From assembly GCA_977016875.1 (NCBI GenBank), contig CDRNST010000104.1, positions 3,410,001 through 3,474,000 of the forward strand: a stretch of 64,000 nucleotides of DNA. The letters are read 5' to 3'. A program made the translations under genes and the position numbers. The DNA is from Pavona decussata. Its lineage: Eukaryota. The notes under the pieces are model-generated. The model was not told the origin of the DNA and did no database searches. It saw nothing but the letters and a program-made list of their open reading frames with translations. Below, piece by piece: positions 55,113 to 64,000 of this stretch (positions are counted from its first letter, which is position 1; every line of letters starts with the position of its first letter).

Positions 55113-58025
55113 TTATACTACTTTTCCGTTGATTGCGTCTTGGATACTTATTGCCGATTTCTCATCAGCTGTCTCTTTTGAACCTCGATGGTTCGTTCTT
55201 CGTTGCATAAAAAGCTGGACAAGCTCTCCGGGAATGGTATTAATTCCAATGTTGTTTCTGAAGTCTAACCATACTAAAGTAGGGAAATTTTGCGGTTGTT
55301 CTAATAAGCTATGAAACTTGTGCACGGCTTTCATGTCCAGTTTGTTGCCACGTAAACCTAAAATGGAGAAATGGACTTCAATATAGTCAAATAAACGAAA
55401 TAAACAAACAATGCTACGCGCGCTTTGGATGGTTGGTTTGAAGTAATTATCCATAACTATAAAAGCAAACGGTGTGTAAATCATCGAATGCTGGAATACT
55501 GTAAATAAAACTGTTGATTCCTCATCTTTCAATTCATGAACTTTTTTGAAGTTAGACAGTATTCGCAAAACTTGTTGCTTAAAAGAAGCATTTATATTCG
55601 CCATCTGTTTTGCAAGGCTTTTGTAATTGTGTATGTGGGATCACGGCTGAACTAACCGGAGTGCATTGCTGGTTTATAAATGAATAAAATCTCTCACTGG
55701 CACAGATCCTCCGCTTATAGCAGTAAACAAGTGTTCTATGTGTGTGATAAGCATGTAAAGTCACTTACCCATGTAGTAAAGTGTTTCCAGTTTCATTGTT
55801 GCGTCAAACAACTTGAACGCAATTTCGTTGGTTAAGGAACAAAACACCAACTCTATCTTCTTGACTTTGGGGCACCTTGACAATAGTGCTATTAGTTTCT
55901 TCACGTTTTTTTTCTGTGTCAAGTCCAACCCATATATGCAGATGACTGACAAGTCGGATTTTGCTAACGTCACTTTATTGGCTTTTTCCAAATCGCTTAA
56001 GACCTCATTATTGAGGTCAAAGTCGAAATGCTTGATAAGTAATTTGCACATGTGACTTATTTGACGTTCATTTTTATAGATCAACGCTTCCTGAAGTCTA
56101 GAAATAAAAAGAAAAGCAAGAAATGTAATCTAATTATTATAACCAGGTAAACACTCCTCGGGCAATTAGTTTTTATGAGAACATTTTTTTAAAAGTCATG
56201 TTCATCGAATATAATTTTGTCAACAGCGTGGAGATTCTTTTGCTATGAAGGCACGGACACAGTACAAAATTGCATGCAACAAACTTTCATCATGCACCTA
56301 TTCATATCACCACTGTATGCAACATTAGGGCTACAACTTTTGGAGTAGACAGACGGTTAAATTTAAAGGCCATGCGCATTGTGCCGGCGTGGCAGCGTTT
56401 CTTAGACTTCTGACAAATCTTTTCAACGAGTGTTGTATGCAGACAGGAAAAATGATCTGTTGTTATAGAATCATTGAAGGGTTGAACAAAGGAAACGTCG
56501 TTCCCAGTTGCAAAAAGCATCTCAAGATAAGTCGAAATCTACTGATGCTGGTTTTCCTCACTGAATGATTTGATAGCTTTCTTTTGCCTGATTGAAGGCC
56601 AGCAGAAGAAACAGCGTCTGATAAAAAGTTGCCCAGCTGATTTTTGCCCAGTGCTGAACTAGTCATGGTCCGCCATCTTGATTTCAAGTTGAAAGCGGAA
56701 CACAAACGGGGCATCATTTGGGACAATACCCTGTCCAATACTTAGAAAATATTGCACCGGCAATAGAGCGATCTGATTGGTTGGTTCTAGCTACTGGCCC
56801 TCCGACCGCCTTAGTCGTGTAATAAAATGCTTATATTCGGCTATTTTTACTAAACCTACCTGGAAACATATCTATATGCATCCCTATCAATAAGGAATTC
56901 TTTGGCAGCAACAAGATCTGCAATTCCCAAATTACTCAATCTCCTCGTTGTTGCAGTGACCCCAAGGTTTTTTGAGAGCTGTGTACATCAAAAATCCAAG
57001 TTAATAATAACAAACCTGAACAATTAGGTCGTAAAATTTGTGTCTATATGTTCATCTGGAAAGGTGATAAATCACCAGTGAAAACAGAAAGCCGTCGGAT
57101 TTAGCAATAAATACGTTTCCCTTCGTTTCTTTATTTCTCTCTGATACAATTAATTTAATTGTACTTGACTTGTGTTCCGTATAGTTTTGTTCTCCGTTAC
57201 AGTCAAATTCGTGTTTATTAACTCTGTGGTTCCTCGACAGCAACCGAAAGGAATTATCCCACTCCAAAAGCTGAACTCTTGACAATAAACTGTTAACTGG
57301 AGCTTTCAAAAGCTCCGTTATAAACAAAGCACACTACCTAGGTAGTCGATGAGTAGTAGCTTTCAAAAATAAAACAATATGAAACGGTACAATTGATGTA
57401 TTCCCGCTTCATTCTGTTTTTCAAGTAAGAGTCAAAAAGAAGAAAACTAAAGTAAATCAAACTAATTATTGTAAAGCTCTGAAATCTCGAGAGAAAGGAG
57501 CTGAATCGAGCTGAAGAAGAACGTGCAATACCGTGAAGCGTGTAAACAGTGATCTTTTAAGATAGAAAAAATGTTCCCTATCGACTTTGTGGTACGCAAA
57601 AGTTAGCTTCTGAGACTTAAACCACGGGGTGAGGAATTAGGTGAGGATCCAGACCTGACGGAGAAAGGTAAAATAATCAGGTCTTTAATCGGTTTCGTTC
57701 ACCACTTGTGCATGAAAATTATCTTGGACTATATCTATTAGTAGTGTGTAATGCAGCTCTGACGTTAAACCAATGGACCTCAGGTAGATTAAAATCTCCA
57801 ACAAAAACTAATTCTGGTGTTGAAAGATTGACAAGGACATGTACGAAAATCAAGGAGTTAGCAAAGATTAAACTGGCGTAAGCTTCAACCCACCTCTCTA
57901 AACACATTAATAGCTTGTCCAAATATTCCTTTTTGAGAAAGTCTTTGGATCTGTCTAATATATAATGCACGTAGTTCGTAAGGTTCAAGTTTATCTTCTA
58001 TATTCTTTGCTGAGCAACAAGACAT
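55113..58025 (-). CDS. LRRC75/FAM211-like protein; exons 58025-57894, 56978-56860, 56097-55769, 55357-55113 (274 aa)
   Basis: Four GT-AG-bounded exons join in frame (132+119+329+245 = 825 nt). Motifs YELRALYIRQIQ...LSKNLG and LRGNKL...FPTLVWLDFRNN resemble LRRC75 as I recall it; no search was run. Confidence 0.75.
56520..56680 (-). mobile_element. Crypton-like tyrosine-recombinase transposon remnant in an intron
   Basis: Translates as LGKNQLGNFLSDAVSSAGLQSGKRKLSNHSVRKTSIS, with the H-x-x-R box typical of Crypton/DUF3504-type recombinases. Fragment only. Confidence 0.65.
57740..57830 (-). mobile_element. LINE (CR1/L2-like) endonuclease fragment in an intron
   Basis: ELVFVGDFNLPEVHW matches the GDFN(L)P-x-x-x-W motif of APE endonucleases. 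Confidence 0.5.
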
Positions 58026-58965
58026 GTTTCTCTCTGTTTTTTTTTTTTTTTTGGTTTTTTTTTCAACCGTTGGAAACAAACTACGCGAGCACTGCTGTCG
58101 TCACAATAGTTACTTTTGCGCGCGCTGATAGCGCGCGATTTTCGGTTCTCATGCCGACGAAGCAGGAACCTCTCGACAACGGCAAACCCAAAACAAACAC
58201 GGGATGCAAAATTGTACAGAATCTGTGTGCCCTAAAATTAGAAATTTAGAATCGCGTTTTCGACAAACGGCAAACTCGAGATTCGCGTTTATATTTCTTG
58301 AAAAAAAATAAGCACATAGATGGATACACATGTTCACGTAGTCATTTCTGTCGTTTTGTTTCGCGTAAACATTAGTCTAAATCTCTCAAATTATTGGGTG
58401 AAAAGAATTCCGAACGAAGAAGAGGAATCGCGAATGAACAATAACTGATAATGATGAAGAATCACTACTACTTTATTAAGCGTAGTGGAGCGCAGCGCGA
58501 TGTAGCAACGTTACGCCCGACAATCAATTCCGACAATAAGGCTTTCAATTGGCACTTTTAGTTTTTTTATCTTTCGCCTTTGTTTTTAAATACGCATGTC
58601 AAAACGAGTTCAACAAATATTTATACTTGATGGTTGTTGAACCCATTTCATTGACATGCGCCTTTAAAACAAGGCCGCAACTTTAAACTACAAGAGTAAA
58701 AGTGTTATTGAATTGGTCCCGCAGCTGGAGTGAAGGACCAGGGACGAACCGTTTAAAATACGAATATTTGACACAAAGACAAACACATTTATTTTGGAAT
58801 CTACAAGTTGTTACAACTTGAAGTGCTTCAACACTATTGTCGTCCCCTGGATATCAATATTTTAACCAAAACAGTTGAAAAATTGTTTTTTTAAAAAATA
58901 AAAATATTGATAGAATGTCTTCCAAGCTCATACCAATATTTTTTCACTCTTCGGGAAAACTATTA

Positions 58966-58966
<1 letters not shown>

Positions 58967-59029
<63 letters not shown>
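58967..59029. repeat. (ATT)n microsatellite
   Basis: About 20 ATT units. Confidence 0.95.
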
Positions 59030-59030
<1 letters not shown>

Positions 59031-59460
59031 TAAAATCGATGCAAGAAAGCACCTTTACTGAAGTGTCAAGATGTATATTTTTATAAAACCAACAACTGGG
59101 TGCGTGTAAAACGAAGGTTTGGAAATTCGTGGGAAAATGGTGACGCTCTGTCATTGAACCATTTCCTCTGGCCAATCGGAGTGGAGATCGTGATCGATTT
59201 TAACAGATGCTTCCTTCAAGGGAAAATATTTAGGTATGACGGCCAGGAACGACACTTATGACCTTATCTTTAGGATCAAACAGCAGCAAAAATTACCAGT
59301 TCTTTGTGAACGATTGTTCATCTTCCCTTTACTTCTTATTTAAACCAGCTTCTGACATTTTTAGCTTCTTAGTTATTTCAGCATAAGGGAGCTGGTAAGC
59401 CCTTAATATTTCAAATTCAACTGTATGTATTAATAACTTTTTAATTGGGGTGATAAAGTC

Positions 59461-59484
59461 TTGTTGTTGTTGTTGTTGTTGTTG
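59461..59484. repeat. (TTG)n microsatellite
   Basis: 8 TTG units. Confidence 0.9.
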
Positions 59485-60499
59485 CTTATTTGTTAAAATG
59501 CCGAACTGCACCTTGGCATAATCAGCATCGTTCTCTGTTGGGAATTTACAGCAGTATCAAATCGATAAAGAAAGTAACAAAGTGAAAAACAAAACGAAGT
59601 GGCTGGCTTTGAGATATGAATGGATGAAAAAGTTTCCCGATTTGATTAAATTAGTGAATATTTAATCGTCCTTTAGTTATACAGGGTTGGATGTTAGAGT
59701 TTGATCAATTTACTGCCTCAGTTGAAATTTCTTAGAGCGTTCAAAATATTTATCAACCGTTTTTTAATATTTGTCAGCGATACATTTAAAACTGTATTGC
59801 AATGCATGACTCTGTGCTGCTTGATCAGAGGCCGTGACTGTCCATGGACACAAATAGCGCATGCGCTGATTCTATTATGACGTATCGCTGCACAAGGACT
59901 TGCATACATTTGGTTGTCTCTGAGATTTCTTTTAATTTGCATAGTATTTTCCCCTTTGGAAATCTTGAAGAAGAAGATGCAATAGTTTTTAAACTACGAT
60001 AAGTGATACCATCTGTCGGACTTGTTGTGTAAAAAGGTAAAAAAAATCCCTTCAAAATAGAAATGGCTTTTCTTCTAAGTTTGATTGAAACAATACAGAC
60101 GATTATGCAAACTTACAAACGAAACAAAAAAAGAAAAGAAAGAAACTTCAAAGAGGAAGTTCCGGTATAAGAGACGCATTCTCATCTTCAGTTAACAATC
60201 AACCATCAGAGCGTAAACAACTGATGATGTCAAACAACGAGTCTTTTTTCCACGGCCCTTACTGAAAAAATTGGCTTAGTTTTAGAATAAACCTTGCTAA
60301 GCCAATTAGAGCTTGATATTGATATTACTGTGGTAATATTATGAAATTTTTAGGCATATTTTTTTTCAGAGAACGCTTGAGTGGACAACTTGCCACGGCT
60401 GAACGGCGTCTGAATCTGCATTTCACACCGACAAAGGTGTGGAATGAAGGAGAGGCCTGCCCTTTTATGGCGGAACTTCTCGTTTTAATACATCTGAAA

Positions 60500-63400
60500 T
60501 TAGTATCCAATGTTTTCCCAGTCTTCGTCGAATTCAGTTGACTGAAGAAAATTGAGCACGCTATTAGGCTTGGATTTATGGATTCCCGGGAGAGTAGCAG
60601 CGTGTAGCGGAGTTGAGCTTATCGCCGGTGATTCGGGATATACCCCCGACGTCTCAGAAATAAACGGAAGCGAGCGACGGAAGGTCAAGCTTGTGTCTGG
60701 AGAAGAAGACGTTTCGGCTTCTTCTGCAAATGAAGACAGTCAATGAATTAACTTCAGAGCTAGCAAAAAAGTGAGATATGGAGTAATGAAGGAATAGATA
60801 GGTAAGACGGGTAAATGAATGAATGGATAGATGACACAGACAGACGGACGGACAGATGGACCCACGGGCCGATTGATGGATGACTGACTGACTGATAGTC
60901 AGTTTTGAATCACTGACTGGCCAAGTGAATGCACAGTTGACTTAGTGTGGGTATTACACTGATATACTGTACGGCTGTGTGGCTAAAAGACTGACTGGCT
61001 GACTGGTGGATCTGTCTGTCCATCTACTGATTGGACGATTGAGGGTTGTCTTACCTACTGGGAGTCCTTGAATGGCTACTCGATCGATCAGTTGATTAAT
61101 TGATTGATTGACTGGCAAGCAGGCTATTTGCTTGTCTGAACAAAAGAACCATACAGAGATTGAAAGTAACTGAATGCCACATTTTCTTCAGAAGTGTCGT
61201 TACTTACCAAGGTCAACGTTATTTCTTAGCGATGAGAAGTCAGCCACAGTTTGACGCTTCATCAATACTTTTTTTCCTCTCTTTTTTTCTCGGAGTTTTG
61301 ACTTGTCTTCCAAATTGTCCAAATCCTCTATCTAAAAGAGAAAATCAGATGAGTTTAGTAATAAGGATGGATTGTTTAACCATTGTGACTATCACAGTTT
61401 TTAAACACATTGATCAAGCAAAACCAGAGATTGAAAATTGCAGCCTCTAAAATTGACGCATGAGTATTTAAGTTGAGATTTACTATTCATACCGGTGTTG
61501 GTTTGTGCAAGTTGATGTAGAACTGTACATCCCCGTCTCCGTGAATGGAAACTTTGCCAATCACATCAGGGAGCTTGGTAGGATCACTTAGCCTCAATTT
61601 CAAGCAAAAGTCGACAAACGTGGTCTTGCCAGTGAACATAACGGTACGCTCTTCGGTGTGGTCAGCGGCGTCTCTATCAGGCTCAAAGTTCCCGCGCACA
61701 AGGAATCGCGTTTTGCCAAGTGGCAGAGAAAGTGGTTGGGAGCAGACCTCAGAAATAAAGCACGTGTCAGGATTTTTAGGCTGCGAGTTGTCAAACAAGG
61801 CGATTCTTAAAACAAACTGTTTCCCAGGCTCCGCGATCTCAGTCATGAAACCTCGCAGCGAGGCGGTAACAAAACTGTTGCTGTTATTTGCGCTGTAACA
61901 GAGTTCTCTTGAAATGCAGCCTGATATCTGTTCAATGTGGCGTGTATTGTGGTTTGCTACCCGCCGAACAAGCTTGTATAGTCCACCTCTTGTGATCAAG
62001 AATGAGGCAACTTTAGAGCCGTTCTCAGTGGTCACGACCTGCAATAAGATTGAATATTATTGAAAAATTGTATTTTTTTAACATAAAAAAAATTAGCAAT
62101 TGGTAGGAAATTTAAACATTTATCAAGCAGTGTAAGTATTATTTATTATGTATAATACTGTTCACTCGAAATGTTGTCTTTTGTAAGTTTGTTTTGGAAT
62201 TTGGAAGTGGAAAGGGGATACCCCTTGACGTCTGTAGTCGAACGCACTAGTGTTATCTGAATGTCATCCATTCGTCTGTCTCAAGTATAACGAAGCGTTC
62301 TTTCAGTGGGTAAAGTGGTTTTGGAAAAAGAAAAGTCGTCAGCTTGAACTAACAATATGTCCCCTTTCAGAGAGTCTTATTACCACTGAAACGAGGGCCC
62401 TCCTATTTGTTTTCCATACATTTTTACAAGCATTATGCGTTTTTACGTCACCACGCGAACATTCGTCCCAAGCGTCTTTGGCATGAGATAACTCGGCTTG
62501 GGAACAAATCTGTTATATTCTTGAATTTTTTAATTACTCAATTCATCTTGGTTCTCTGTAAGATCTGCAGTCCTGCATTTCAAAAGATTGATCCACGAAG
62601 TAATTAATTTTTAGAGACTGGGCAACAAAATCTCACCTCTGGGGTACTATAATGATGTTTCCACAAAACCGTCTCCTCGTCGAGAACTTTACTCTTTAAC
62701 ACTGCAATTCTCGTGTCTTCTCTAGCAAAGAAATCCTCAAAACTATCACCTAGCAGGGGTAGGGTGAGTTGAATAGGCCTCGTGAAACGATGTCTCGAGG
62801 GCCGAATAAGAACAACAGGACTGGACGTTATATCCACCATATTGCGCATGTCCATATCCTCAGGATTACAGCTCTGAGGTGGTAACCAGGAGCCGAGTGA
62901 CTTCGGAGAGACTGGTACTGGTGTTGGCTGGTTGTACAAGTCATCGGTGCAAATTGTTTCCAAGGTCACTGGCGTCTTACATGCCACACATCCACTGGGA
63001 AACTTGATTTGAATTCCCGGATACTCGGTCAGTTCAACTTTGCAGTCTGTGTAAGGACCAAGGTTCTTGGTTATCTGAGGATGCTGGGTAATCTTAATGG
63101 TGTACAGTCCGCTTTTCTTGCAGATGATCCTCGCTTCTGTTCTCCTCGCATTCACGTGAAAACAGTGTGAGTCCAAAGGTTTCCATTTGAGCTGTTTAGC
63201 TCCATGTCGTAACCAGCTATTACTACAGTAAAGACAAACTAGCTGTCCGCATGATTTTGGAGCAACACAACTTGGCAGCTTTAATTCCAGTTCTGCGGAA
63301 GGAGTGAAAACAAACTCTCTTGGATAAACTTGTACCATGTCGGAAACTCTCCTTTCGTTTTCCTCCAGAAATGGCTCATACTGAAAGTTGTTGAGAATCC

Positions 63401-63569
63401 TAAACTTTACATTCGCTGACTTGAGGTTTTCGCCAACGGAAACACTCGATATTTTTAGCTTGATTCCAAGGAATTCATGCACTGCCTCTGCAAATCCATC
63501 CGACTCGGCTCCTACTCTTATCCAGTCACAAGATATTGTACTGCAAGACAAAATATTAGCGGTCACCAT
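60500..63569 (-). CDS. Tandem ZU5(/UPA-like) domain protein (PIDD/DTHD1/ankyrin-type); exons ~63569(or 63540)-62637, 62038-61493, 61331-61208, 60723-60500; 5' end uncertain
   Basis: ZU5-like motifs VSDMVQVYPREFVFTPSAELELKLP and SSPVVLIRPSRHRFTRPIQLTLPL. GT-AG junctions are phase-compatible (0, 0, 1). An acceptor at 63541 suggests further upstream exons. Confidence 0.72.
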
Positions 63570-64000
63570 GATTAGGGAAGTCTTCTTTTATTTTCTCTTT
63601 GTTTGAATTTTGATCGGTTGAGTTAAAAACGCCTTTATTTCTGTGTTACAATTCCACGATAATTTGCTTTGGATTAAACTGTTCTTTTTAGCTGGTCGTC
63701 ATTACCCAATTATGAAGCGAACGGTCACATTTTTTTAATGGATGATCGGCTATGACGAGTTGGAAGAACAAATGGTGTGTATGTTCCACGCGGCGCGCGT
63801 GGAATTGCTTTATTCTGTGAAGCGTGTTCTTCAGGACCTCAACTACCGTTTATATATTATGTTTTATACGTTTTAGTGTATGCAGAGGGAAGAGTATGGA
63901 AATATTGTCGTGTATCTTAACAGCGTTCTGGACTCATTATAGAAACTAACTTGAACGATAAAGTTTGTGATCGATGCAACTCTTCGACGATATCGAAGGT

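Noticed and set aside
55358-55604. N-terminal part of ORF 55113..55604
   Set aside because: It lies upstream of a clear acceptor (ccattttag at 55358) and is intronic.

Overview
AT-rich animal genomic DNA with GT-AG introns, tRNA-derived SINEs, MITEs and two N-gaps. It is probably anthozoan/coral, an inference from the repeat types and gene content. The first 50 kb hold a cluster of four genes for secreted, low-complexity polyprotein precursors: gene 1 (-, 3403..1664, ~579 aa), gene 2 (+, 8331..26507, one unbroken 6058-aa ORF), gene 3 (+, 39160..41130, ~656 aa) and gene 4 (+, 46140..47205 joined to 48678..49774, ~720 aa). Their cargo modules differ chemically: Gly/Tyr/Trp-rich, Gly/Cys-rich, His-Pro heptads, His-Pro nonamers and Gln/Pro-rich. 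All share one layout: signal peptide, charged spacer, KR/KK/RK (often followed by Gln), cargo, then a terminal [K/R]-S-x-[I/V] motif. Genes 2-4 also share a ~35-aa N-terminal domain. This looks like a co-processed secreted structural-material system; I cannot assign it to a known family. The right end has three ordinary genes: an LRR + EF-hand gene (LRRC74-like), a 4-exon LRRC75-like gene, and a ZU5-domain gene whose 5' end is uncertain. There are no prokaryotic features or CRISPR arrays.
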